A DNA stretch of 64,000 bases from an uncultured Bacilli bacterium (GCA_934162195.1 CAKPHO010000004.1:7031-71030); one strand, 5' to 3'. Positions 28,343 to 35,996 are shown, counted from the stretch's first letter. Translations and numbers: made by a program. The notes: a model not told the origin generated them from the letters alone.

Positions 28343-28395
28343 AAAAAAACACAAAGAAATCTAGACTATCAAAAAGTCTAGAAACTTTGTGTTTT
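28343..28395 (-). terminator. intrinsic terminator inside the leader of pilin-like gene E
   Basis: Minus-strand AAAACACAAAG-ttt-CTAGA ... TCTAG-attt-CTTTGTGTTTT composite hairpin followed by T7, about 55 nt upstream of the ATG at 28288. Confidence 0.7.
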
Positions 28396-28421
28396 CTTTA
28401 TTTTTTATTATTATAGTATGA

Positions 28422-28481
28422 TTAAATAACCCCCCCCCAGATTAGGTTTTGTGCTAAATTTATATTTACATCTTTAACCAT
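28422..28481 (-). CDS. 19-codon leader ORF containing the G9 tract (copy 1)
   Basis: The SD-like AAAGGTAGTGAT has the same layout as GGTGATAGTATG starts of real genes here. ATG at 28481. Sequence MVKDVNINLAQNLIWGGVI, then a stop. Copy 2 encodes MVKDVKINLAQNLTWGGVI with 2 synonymous and 2 non-synonymous changes. Confidence 0.5.
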   Translation of the reverse strand: MVKDVNINLAQNLIWGGVI

Positions 28482-28538
28482 ACTATCACTACCTTTACTG
28501 TATTAATTATACATTTTTATATTTATTGTTGTCAATAA

Positions 28539-30767
28539 TTACTCATCTTTGTTCTCTAGTTTTACTAGTACTTCACGAGGTTTAGATCCATTACTTGGTC
28601 CTACTATTCCACGTTCTTCCAATAAATCTATACAACGAGCAGCTCTATTGTATCCAAGTCTAAATCTGCGTTGTAATAGTGATGCACTAGCTTTTCCTTG
28701 TGTTACAACAAACTCAACTATTTCATTATAAAGTGGTTCTTCATAATCGTCTTTATTTTCTGTCATTGTTGTTGCATGAGCTTCTTCTTCATCCATAGCA
28801 AGTGTTTCATCATAACGAGCTTTTTGTTGTGATATTGTATAATCAACAATTGCTTTTATTTCTTCATCAGATATGAAGGTGCCTTGAACTCGGACTGGCG
28901 TGTTTTCTCCTTGTGGTAAGAAAAGCATATCTCCTTTTCCTAAAAGTTTTTCTGCACCTGTCATATCCAAAATAGTACGTGAATCAATACTTGATGATAC
29001 AGCAAATGAAATACGAGATGGAATATTAGCTTTAACAACTCCAGTAATAACATCTGTAGATGGTCTTTGTGTTGCTACTATTAAATGTATTCCTGCCGCA
29101 CGTGCCATCTGTGTAATACGCATAATAGAATCTTCTACTTCTTTAGCTGCTACTAACATTAAGTCGGCAAGCTCATCGATGATAACGACAATAAATGGCA
29201 TCTTTTGAATTTGTCCTGCTTCATCAGTGTTTTTATTCTTCTTTTCAACATAAGCGTTATACCCGGCTATATTTTTTGTGCCACTAGCTTCAAAAACGTC
29301 ATATCTTCTTTCCATCTCTGAAACTATTTTCTTTAAAACATTATTAGCTTTTCTTGGATCACTTACAACTGGTGTAAGAAGATGTGGAACACCATTATAC
29401 ATAGAAAGTTCTACCTTTTTAGGATCCACTAAAACAAGTTTTACTTCTTCTGGTTTTGTACGCATCAATATTGATGTAATAATACTATTGATACATACAG
29501 ATTTACCACTACCTGTAGAACCTGCTACTAAAAGATGTGGTGTTTTATTTATTTCACAATAAATTGGTTTACCCATGATGTTCTTACCTAACGTAACAAG
29601 TAATTTACTATCATCCATAGATTTTGGTATTGTCTCTAATATTTCACGAACAGTAACCATAGATATTGTTTTATTTGGTATTTCGATTCCTATTGTACGC
29701 TTACCTGGAATAGGAGCCTGAATACGAACATCTTTTGCTGCTGTAGCAAGAGCTATTTCTCTATTTATACCTAAAATCTTACTAACTTTAGTACCTGCTT
29801 TTACTTCCATTTCATATTGTGTAACCGCAGGTCCAACATTAGCTGCAACAACTTTCCCTTCTATTCCAAAATCATGGAATACTTCTTCTAAAACTCCGAC
29901 ATTATCTTTAATTGCCGCTTTATTTTCATCATTCTTTTTTCTTGGAGGCAATTTCAATAAAGAAATTGGTGGAAATTTATAACCATTATTTATAGTTACT
30001 ACTGCTTCTTTTGTTTTTGGTTCAATAATATCTAAAGATGGTACAGCATCTTTATTTTTTTCTTCATTATTACCATTATTAATATTTTCAGAAGTATGAA
30101 TTAATTCATCCATACTTGATATAACAACTTTGTTATCTTTTTCATAGTTATCTTCAGCTATCTTAATATCAGCTCTATCTTTAACTTTTTCGTTATGCTT
30201 AATAACCTCTTTAATTTTATTTTTACTCTTTGTAAACATTTCATAAATACTCATACCGGTAAACATTACAATACCACAAATAAGTAAAACTATACACACT
30301 ACTCTAGTACCATTAATAGTAAATAACTTTACAAAAAGCACTGAAAGAACTGCTCCTATAATTCCTCCACCTTGTATTTTTTCTACTCCATTAATTGCAC
30401 CCATCAAGTTATCAACTGTTTCTTTAACAACTTCAAATCCTTGCAAATCTAAATTTTTCATATAGTTAGCATGAAATAAGATAAGGAGTGCTAAAGAGAA
30501 AATATATATTCCAACAAGCTTTGATGTAAAAAAGTCAGGTTTTTCTCTTTTTACTATCATGTATACTCCAACAATGAAGACACATGCAAGTAAAATTGTA
30601 TATGCTGTTCCCACTAAAAAACTAGCAAATCCTGATAAAAAATTACCAACAATTCCAAATTGACATATTCCTATTATTGCTATAGCTATTAAAACAACAC
30701 CTGTTAGTTCTACACTATAATTACTACTTGGTTTTTTAGTTTCTTTTCTTTTTTTCTTCTTAGCCAT
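28539..30767 (-). CDS. ftsK: DNA translocase FtsK/SpoIIIE
   Basis: N-terminal TM segments, a linker, a motor domain with Walker A GSTGSGKS and Walker B VVIIDELAD, and a C-terminal gamma winged-helix domain. Confidence 0.93.
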   Translation of the reverse strand: MAKKKKRKETKKPSSNYSVELTGVVLIAIAIIGICQFGIVGNFLSGFASFLVGTAYTILLACVFIVGVYMIVKREKPDFFTSKLVGIYIFSLALLILFHANYMKNLDLQGFEVVKETVDNLMGAINGVEKIQGGGIIGAVLSVLFVKLFTINGTRVVCIVLLICGIVMFTGMSIYEMFTKSKNKIKEVIKHNEKVKDRADIKIAEDNYEKDNKVVISSMDELIHTSENINNGNNEEKNKDAVPSLDIIEPKTKEAVVTINNGYKFPPISLLKLPPRKKNDENKAAIKDNVGVLEEVFHDFGIEGKVVAANVGPAVTQYEMEVKAGTKVSKILGINREIALATAAKDVRIQAPIPGKRTIGIEIPNKTISMVTVREILETIPKSMDDSKLLVTLGKNIMGKPIYCEINKTPHLLVAGSTGSGKSVCINSIITSILMRTKPEEVKLVLVDPKKVELSMYNGVPHLLTPVVSDPRKANNVLKKIVSEMERRYDVFEASGTKNIAGYNAYVEKKNKNTDEAGQIQKMPFIVVIIDELADLMLVAAKEVEDSIMRITQMARAAGIHLIVATQRPSTDVITGVVKANIPSRISFAVSSSIDSRTILDMTGAEKLLGKGDMLFLPQGENTPVRVQGTFISDEEIKAIVDYTISQQKARYDETLAMDEEEAHATTMTENKDDYEEPLYNEIVEFVVTQGKASASLLQRRFRLGYNRAARCIDLLEERGIVGPSNGSKPREVLVKLENKDE

Positions 30768-30850
30768 GATACATCCTCCTAGCGTCTAAATATATTATAA
30801 CACAAATTATAATTTAATGAAGAAAAAAAGCAAGATTTCTTGCTTTATGA

Positions 30851-32602
30851 TTACTCTAGAATAGCTTTTATTCTTCTAACTCCAGCACTACTAGCTTCCT
30901 CTTTTTTAATTTTAAATGTTCCAAGTTCACTAGTATTTTTAACGTGAGGCCCACCACATAATTCATGGGAAATATCACCAATACTATAAACAGTTACAAT
31001 GTCTGGATATTTATCAATAAACATACACTCTGCTCCTGATTTAAGAGCTTCTTCTTTTTTCATTTCTTTTACAGTAACATCTAGACCTTCTTTAATCCAT
31101 TTATTTACTAATTCTTCTGTCTTAGCTTTCTCTTCATCTGTTAACTTATGATCACAAGAAAAGTCAAATCTCATTCTTTCGTCAGTTATATTAGATCCTT
31201 TTTGATGTACGTCTTGTCCTACTACTTGTTTTAATGCCGCATTTAATAAATGAGTTGCTGTATGATATTTAGTTTCAATAACACTATCCCCAGCTAGTCC
31301 ACCTTTAAACTTACCTTGACTAGCAGTACGCGATAATTCTTGATGAGCTTTAAATTTTTCTTTAAAGCCTTCAATATCAACCTTAATATTTTTTTCTTTC
31401 GCTAGTTCCTCTGTAAGTTCAATTGGGAAACCATATGTATCATAAAGTTTAAATGCTAAATCTTTATTTAACATACCATCATTAATATTGTTAGTAATTT
31501 TTTCAAATTCTCTTAAACCTTTTTCTAGAGTACGATTGAATTTAACTTTTTCTTTCGCTAGTTCTTCTAAAACAATATTTTTATTAGCTTCTATTTCACT
31601 ATAATATTTAATATATTTATCAATAATCATATTAGCTATATCTTGTTCCCAATTACTATTGATATCAATATTTAATTTTTTAGCATGTCTTATTGCTCTT
31701 CTTATTAATCTTCTTAGAATATATCCCTGATCAGTATTAGATGGTCTAATTCCAGCATTATCAGCAAGAATAAATACAGCACTTCTGATATGGTCAGCAA
31801 TTATTCTCATACTTTCTGGATTTTCTTCATAGCTTACATTAGACATAGACTCTATTTTTTTAATTATATCAATCCATACTGATGATAAGTAGTTATCATC
31901 AACGCCTTCTAAAACAGCAACCACTCTTTCAAGCCCCATACCTGTATCAACATTCTTTTTAGGAAGTTCTGTAACATTACCATCTTTGTCTTTATTATAT
32001 TGCATAAAAACATTATTCCATATTTCTACCCAACGTTCATCATTTGGATTAAAAACATCTGGGACTGGCTCTTCGCTTCTCCAATAGAAAATCTCTGTAT
32101 CTCCCCCACAAGGTCCTGATTCACCTGCAATCCAGAAGTTATTAGATGCATCTAAATATGCAATTCTTTCTTTTTTAATACCATGATTCATCCATGCATT
32201 GGCACTTACCTCGTCACGTGGGATATCTTTATCTCCCTCAAATACAGTTACTGCAAGTTTTTCAACTGGTATTTTTAAAACACTAGTTAAAAATTCAAAA
32301 CTATAAGCTATACTTTCTTCTTTAAAATAATCTCCTAAACTCCAGTTACCTAACATTTCAAAGAAAGTGTGATGTGTTTTATCTCCAATACTATCTAAAT
32401 CATTAGTTCTAATACATTTTTGATAGTCACATAGTCTTGTCCCATATGGATGTGGTTGTCCCATTAAATATGGTATTAATGGTTGCATCCCTGCTGTGTT
32501 AAATAATACACTTGAATCATTTTCAGGTACAACTGGTGCACTTGGTATTTGTTTGTGTCCTTTACTTACAAAATAATTTATATATAAATCTTTAAGATTC
32601 AT
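30851..32602 (-). CDS. alaS: alanine--tRNA ligase, short form (no C-Ala domain)
   Basis: Class II AlaRS core (FNTAGMQP, FFEMLGNWS, GMGLERV). Editing-domain motifs HTATH (aa 447-451) and CGGPH. The protein ends right after GVRRIKAILE at 583 aa. Confidence 0.9.
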   Translation of the reverse strand: MNLKDLYINYFVSKGHKQIPSAPVVPENDSSVLFNTAGMQPLIPYLMGQPHPYGTRLCDYQKCIRTNDLDSIGDKTHHTFFEMLGNWSLGDYFKEESIAYSFEFLTSVLKIPVEKLAVTVFEGDKDIPRDEVSANAWMNHGIKKERIAYLDASNNFWIAGESGPCGGDTEIFYWRSEEPVPDVFNPNDERWVEIWNNVFMQYNKDKDGNVTELPKKNVDTGMGLERVVAVLEGVDDNYLSSVWIDIIKKIESMSNVSYEENPESMRIIADHIRSAVFILADNAGIRPSNTDQGYILRRLIRRAIRHAKKLNIDINSNWEQDIANMIIDKYIKYYSEIEANKNIVLEELAKEKVKFNRTLEKGLREFEKITNNINDGMLNKDLAFKLYDTYGFPIELTEELAKEKNIKVDIEGFKEKFKAHQELSRTASQGKFKGGLAGDSVIETKYHTATHLLNAALKQVVGQDVHQKGSNITDERMRFDFSCDHKLTDEEKAKTEELVNKWIKEGLDVTVKEMKKEEALKSGAECMFIDKYPDIVTVYSIGDISHELCGGPHVKNTSELGTFKIKKEEASSAGVRRIKAILE

Positions 32603-32603
32603 T

Positions 32604-33155
32604 TTACTCCTCCTCTAACATCTTATTATAAACTTTTTCTATATTTTTCATGTATTCTTTCTCGCTATCATTATTTAAAATAAAGTAATCTGCATAACAG
32701 ATTGGTCCACCTTTTTCTAGATTTTCTATTTCAGATATGTCACGAGTAACAGCTTGTTCATAATTAAATGGTCTAACTTCTCTATTATTTAATCTATCAT
32801 ATCTTTTTTCTTTATCAACAACAATAGAAATAAATTTTATATTTGGAAATTCTTGTTTTAATATTTTTAATTCACTCCAAGAATAAACTCCATCTAAAAC
32901 AACATTACCCTTTTCTAAAGATGATCTAATATCATCAATCAAAACATGAGCATACGCTCCCATACCAAAATCACGTCTAAGTCGTTCTCTCATCATTTTT
33001 TCATTTTCAGGTGTTACTTCTAAGCCTTCTTCTGCCAATTTTTTCATAGTTACTCCGCCAAAATATATAACTTCATAACCATGATCTTTAAAAAATGTGG
33101 TTGCAACTGACTTGCCAGATCCACACATACCTACGATTGCTACTAATCTATTCAT
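32604..33155 (-). CDS. P-loop nucleotide/nucleoside kinase family protein
   Basis: Walker A GMCGSGKS at the N-terminus and about 183 aa with a kinase-like layout. Abuts the alaS start. Confidence 0.55.
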   Translation of the reverse strand: MNRLVAIVGMCGSGKSVATTFFKDHGYEVIYFGGVTMKKLAEEGLEVTPENEKMMRERLRRDFGMGAYAHVLIDDIRSSLEKGNVVLDGVYSWSELKILKQEFPNIKFISIVVDKEKRYDRLNNREVRPFNYEQAVTRDISEIENLEKGGPICYADYFILNNDSEKEYMKNIEKVYNKMLEEE

Positions 33156-33699
33156 AATCCACCTCTTTTAATATTTTATCGATATCTACTTTTAATTTAT
33201 CTAATTCATTATTACTTACTATATAATCAAAATTATTATATCCATCTAATCCTGTTTCTGTAATATGATTCTTTTGATCACTTGTTAAATTACTTTCATA
33301 ATTGTTTCTAATAATTCTAATTGTTACCGCATCTTTATATTTATCTTTTACTGATTCTACCTCTTCTACTAGTCTAGCATCAGTTATTATAATAACATCA
33401 AAGAAATATGAATAAACTTCTATATCCTCTAAAACTCTTCTTATAAATAATTTATTATCTATTTTTTCTTTTATCAGTTCTATTCCTAGTTGTTGTAAAA
33501 GTTCTCTTGGTTTAGTCTCTTCACTACCATCCCATCCACTTATGTTTTTAGCGTATTCTTTTAAATAGCCAGCAAAAGATATAGATATAACTTTTTTACT
33601 AGAATAATAATCTTTTATCATACTAGAAACAGTTTCCTTACCACTTCTAGCTTTACCTGACAATAAAAATATTTTAACTTCTTTTTTTGCAAATTCCAT
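33148..33699 (-). CDS. P-loop protein, deoxynucleoside-monophosphate-kinase-like
   Basis: Start at ATG 33699 behind AAGGAGGAA; the track extension is T-box leader. Walker A GKARSGKET and IIITDARL (Walker B-like). Overlaps the next gene by 8 nt. Confidence 0.5.
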   Translation of the reverse strand: MEFAKKEVKIFLLSGKARSGKETVSSMIKDYYSSKKVISISFAGYLKEYAKNISGWDGSEETKPRELLQQLGIELIKEKIDNKLFIRRVLEDIEVYSYFFDVIIITDARLVEEVESVKDKYKDAVTIRIIRNNYESNLTSDQKNHITETGLDGYNNFDYIVSNNELDKLKVDIDKILKEVDYE

Positions 33700-33725
33700 A
33701 GTTCCTCCTTTATATCTAAATATAT

Positions 33726-33890
33726 AAAAACCACGTGTTTTTCTAGGAACGAAAAACCGTGGTACCATCCTAATTGATCTTAATTTTGATAACGGTTTCC
33801 CGGTGATTATTAATCACACTCCAAAGGAGCTTCAATCAAAACATTTATCTGTTTTCACCAACCACAGACTCTCTTTAAAATATTTTTAAT
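33726..33890 (-). promoter_or_regulatory. T-box riboswitch leader, Ala specifier (GCU)
   Basis: Minus strand has AGAGAG and the distal hairpin TCTGT-GGTTGGTGAAA-ACAGA. The specifier is GAA-GCU (GCT at 33828-33830). The T-box sequence GGATGGTACCACGG (33757-33770) overlaps a terminator helix followed by T5. alaS is the third gene downstream. Confidence 0.8.
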
Positions 33891-33912
33891 TTACTAATCT
33901 TCTTCAACGTTT

Positions 33913-34455
33913 TTATACAGTCATTAATTCTTGTTCTTTTATCTTAAACTTTTCATCAACAATTTTATTATATTTATTAATTAATTCTTGAACATCTTCT
34001 TGACCACTTTTTATTTCATCTTCAGGCACTTCTAATTTTTTTATATCGTTATTAGCATCTTGTCTAATATTACGAAGCGCTATTTTACATTCTTCACAAA
34101 TCGTTTTAGCTTGTTTTACATATTCTCTTCTTGTATCTTCTGTTAAAATAGGAATATTTAAAATTATTACTTCACCATTATTATTTGGAGTTAGTCCGAC
34201 ATTTGCTTCATAAATTCCTTTTTCAATAGCTCCTAAAGTAGTTCTATCAAATGGCTTAATCATAAGTTGACGTGCCTCAGGAATAGAAATAGTAGCAAGT
34301 TGTTTTAATGGTGTGTCAACTCCATAATAAGATACCATAACACCATCTAAAATAGCTGGATTTGCACGTCCTGCTCTAATATTAATTAATCTTTTTTCCA
34401 TACTCTCAATAGAAGCTTCCATTTTCATTTCTGTTTCCATTAAAATATCATCCAT
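33913..34455 (-). CDS. frr: ribosome recycling factor
   Basis: Start placed at MDDILMETEMKMEASIESMEKRLINIRAGRANPAILD. Typical Frr sequence and length of about 180 aa. Confidence 0.92.
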   Translation of the reverse strand: MDDILMETEMKMEASIESMEKRLINIRAGRANPAILDGVMVSYYGVDTPLKQLATISIPEARQLMIKPFDRTTLGAIEKGIYEANVGLTPNNNGEVIILNIPILTEDTRREYVKQAKTICEECKIALRNIRQDANNDIKKLEVPEDEIKSGQEDVQELINKYNKIVDEKFKIKEQELMTV

Positions 34456-34548
34456 ATAATTCATCCTCTCAACTACATATATTATATTATAAAGTGTTAT
34501 ATTTATCAACAATAAAATTAATTTATAATGAATATTTATCACAAACTG

Positions 34549-34577
34549 TTGAATGCGTAGTTAACTTCTGGTATAAC
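34549..34577 (+). promoter_or_regulatory. putative promoter of the small hydrophobic ORF
   Basis: TTGAAT (34549-34554), 17-nt spacer, TATAAC (34572-34577). Confidence 0.45.
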
Positions 34578-34641
34578 CATCATAGGAAACTTCAGCTGTT
34601 TGAGTGTCTACCTCCACCATCAATGAGAGGAGGTTGAAAAA

Positions 34642-34734
34642 ATGAAAATGAAAACTTTTATTATAAAATTTTTAAAACTCATTTCTTTCATTTTATTACT
34701 TTTAACCTTGTTGGTTTTAGCAATAAAAAAATGA
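34642..34734 (+). CDS. 30-aa hydrophobic peptide, type I toxin-like
   Basis: GAGAGGAGG RBS then ATG. MKMKTFIIKFLKLISFILLLLTLLVLAIKK has a single TM helix with lysine flanks. An upstream ACCTCC could pair with the SD. It has its own terminator downstream. Confidence 0.5.
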   Translation: MKMKTFIIKFLKLISFILLLLTLLVLAIKK

Positions 34735-34758
34735 CACTTAAGTCTATGACTTAAATGT
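34723..34758 (-). terminator. minus-strand hairpin plus U-tract overlapping the 3' end of the small ORF (end of an antisense RNA or of the dnaJ 3' UTR)
   Basis: Minus-strand ACATTTAAGTC-ata-GACTTAAGTGT (11 bp, one G-U pair) followed by CATTTTTTTATT. The U-tract is the complement of the last codons of the ORF. Confidence 0.5.
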
Positions 34759-34779
34759 CCACCAAATTTAAACGGGTAG

Positions 34780-34819
34780 ACATTCAGCAACCAAAACTGA
34801 ATGTTTCCTTTTTTATTTT
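34780..34819 (+). terminator. intrinsic terminator of the small ORF transcript
   Basis: ACATTCAG-caaccaaaa-CTGAATGT hairpin followed by TTCCTTTTTTATTTT. Confidence 0.65.
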
Positions 34820-34842
34820 ATGCAAGTTCTCTTGCTAAATAC

Positions 34843-34871
34843 ATAATAACATAAAATTAACTTTATGTAAA
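34843..34871 (-). promoter_or_regulatory. possible promoter for an antisense RNA convergent with the small ORF
   Basis: Minus-strand TTTACA (34866-34871), 17-nt spacer, TATTAT (34843-34848), just after the dnaJ stop. Confidence 0.35.
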
Positions 34872-34874
34872 GTA

Positions 34875-35996
34875 TTATAAATATTGGTTAATTTTTTTAA
34901 ATTCTAAACTATCGTCTAAAGTTGTATTTGAAAGTTCTTCAAATAATTTCTTTTGATCACGAGTTAGTTTCTTAGGAGTTATTACCTTTATAACAACATA
35001 CATATCACCTTTACGTGAAGAATGTACATCTTCTATTCCTTTTCCTTTGATACGATATTTATCATTTGTTTGAGTTCCTGCGGTAATCGTTAAAACAACT
35101 TTACCATTTAAAGTAGGGACTTCTTTTTTACATCCTAATACCGCATCAGTAATTGTAATTGGTAACTCTAAATATATATCATTTTCTTCACGTTTAAATA
35201 ATGGATGTTCTTTTACTCTAAACTCTAAATATACATCTCCATTAGGTCCACCATTAGTTCCAGCGGTACCTTTTCCAGCTAAACGTAATTGATTTCCAGT
35301 GTCTACTCCGGCTGGAACTTTAACTTCTAAAGTCTTTGTTACTTTTAATTTACCAGCTCCACGGCACTTACTACATTTAGTTTCATATATTTTTCCTTTT
35401 CCTCTACAACTAGGACAAGTTGTTCTAGTCATGAAAGAACCAAATAATGTGTGTTGCTCTGTTGTTACTGTACCACTACCATGACAATCAGGACAATTTT
35501 TTTCTCCATGTCCACCTTTACCATCACATTCACTACATTCTTCCATTATTTCTAATGTAATATCTTTTTTACAACCAAAAGCAGCTTCTTCAAATGTTAA
35601 ATCCATTCTAATTAAGCTATCAGCGCCTCTAGTGGCACGGTTTGAGCCTCTCGATCTACCTCCACCGAATCCAAAATCAAATCCACTTTCTCCAAAAAGG
35701 TCACCGAAAATATCAGAAAAATCGAAACCAGAAAAATCAAATCCACCTGCTCCAGATCCACCTCCGGCACTTTGTTCAAATGCGGCATGGCCAAATTGAT
35801 CATATTGTTTTCTTTTTTGTGGATCAGAAAGTACCGCGTATGCTTCTTGGGCTTCTTTAAATTTTTCAGCAGCATCTGGTTCTTTAGAAACATCGGGATG
35901 ATACTTCTTTGCTAATTTACGAAACGCTGATTTTATTTCATCATCCGTAGCAGTTTTACTAACTCCTAGGACCTCGTAATAATCTCTTTTATTCAT
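34875..35996 (-). CDS. dnaJ: molecular chaperone DnaJ
   Basis: J domain with HPD (KKYHPDVSK), a G/F-rich region, and four CxxCxGxG zinc-finger repeats. Confidence 0.96.
   Translation of the reverse strand: MNKRDYYEVLGVSKTATDDEIKSAFRKLAKKYHPDVSKEPDAAEKFKEAQEAYAVLSDPQKRKQYDQFGHAAFEQSAGGGSGAGGFDFSGFDFSDIFGDLFGESGFDFGFGGGRSRGSNRATRGADSLIRMDLTFEEAAFGCKKDITLEIMEECSECDGKGGHGEKNCPDCHGSGTVTTEQHTLFGSFMTRTTCPSCRGKGKIYETKCSKCRGAGKLKVTKTLEVKVPAGVDTGNQLRLAGKGTAGTNGGPNGDVYLEFRVKEHPLFKREENDIYLELPITITDAVLGCKKEVPTLNGKVVLTITAGTQTNDKYRIKGKGIEDVHSSRKGDMYVVIKVITPKKLTRDQKKLFEELSNTTLDDSLEFKKINQYL

Larger units (their letters stand above)
28330..28535 (-). promoter_or_regulatory. conserved promoter-leader-terminator cassette, copy 1 (candidate attenuator / structured RNA)
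   Basis: Contains TTGACA (28530-28535), an 18-nt spacer, TATAAT (28506-28511), the leader ORF, a G9 tract (28430-28438) and a terminator hairpin. About 90 percent identical by eye to 42947-43148. Confidence 0.7.

Noticed and set aside
28289-28354. N-terminal extensions of track ORFs. Examples: 28354, 17772, 33768, 23666, 24073, 11759, 44821, 6115, 7643, 2368, 41313, 34542 and 47194.
   Set aside because: The extensions use TTG/GTG or weak starts and run through promoters, T-box leaders, terminators or CIRCE elements. In each case an internal ATG or GTG with a proper SD gives the expected N-terminus (prepilin signal, Frr, ClpC MFGxFT, and so on).
28430-28438. Direct evidence for phase variation from a length difference between the two homopolymer tracts.
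   Set aside because: Careful counting gives 9 C (plus strand) in both copies (28430-28438 and 43043-43051). The window therefore shows no length polymorphism. Slippage remains a hypothesis that needs population or cDNA data.
28330-28498. Interpreting the duplicated element as a MITE, because its ends are a 9-bp inverted repeat (GTAAAGGTA / TACCTTTAC).
   Set aside because: Similarity between the copies continues about 35 nt beyond one 'end', through a consensus -10 and -35. No target-site duplication is visible. The orientation relative to the downstream pilin gene is the same in both copies. A transcribed leader explains this better, though mobility cannot be excluded with only two copies.
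28396-28500. The leader as a c-di-GMP (class I or II) or other known riboswitch, given known c-di-GMP control of clostridial pilA genes.
   Set aside because: I could not find the conserved GEMM-I or c-di-GMP-II sequence blocks, or those of any other riboswitch core I know. The leader is extremely AT-rich apart from the G9 run. An Rfam scan is needed to be sure.
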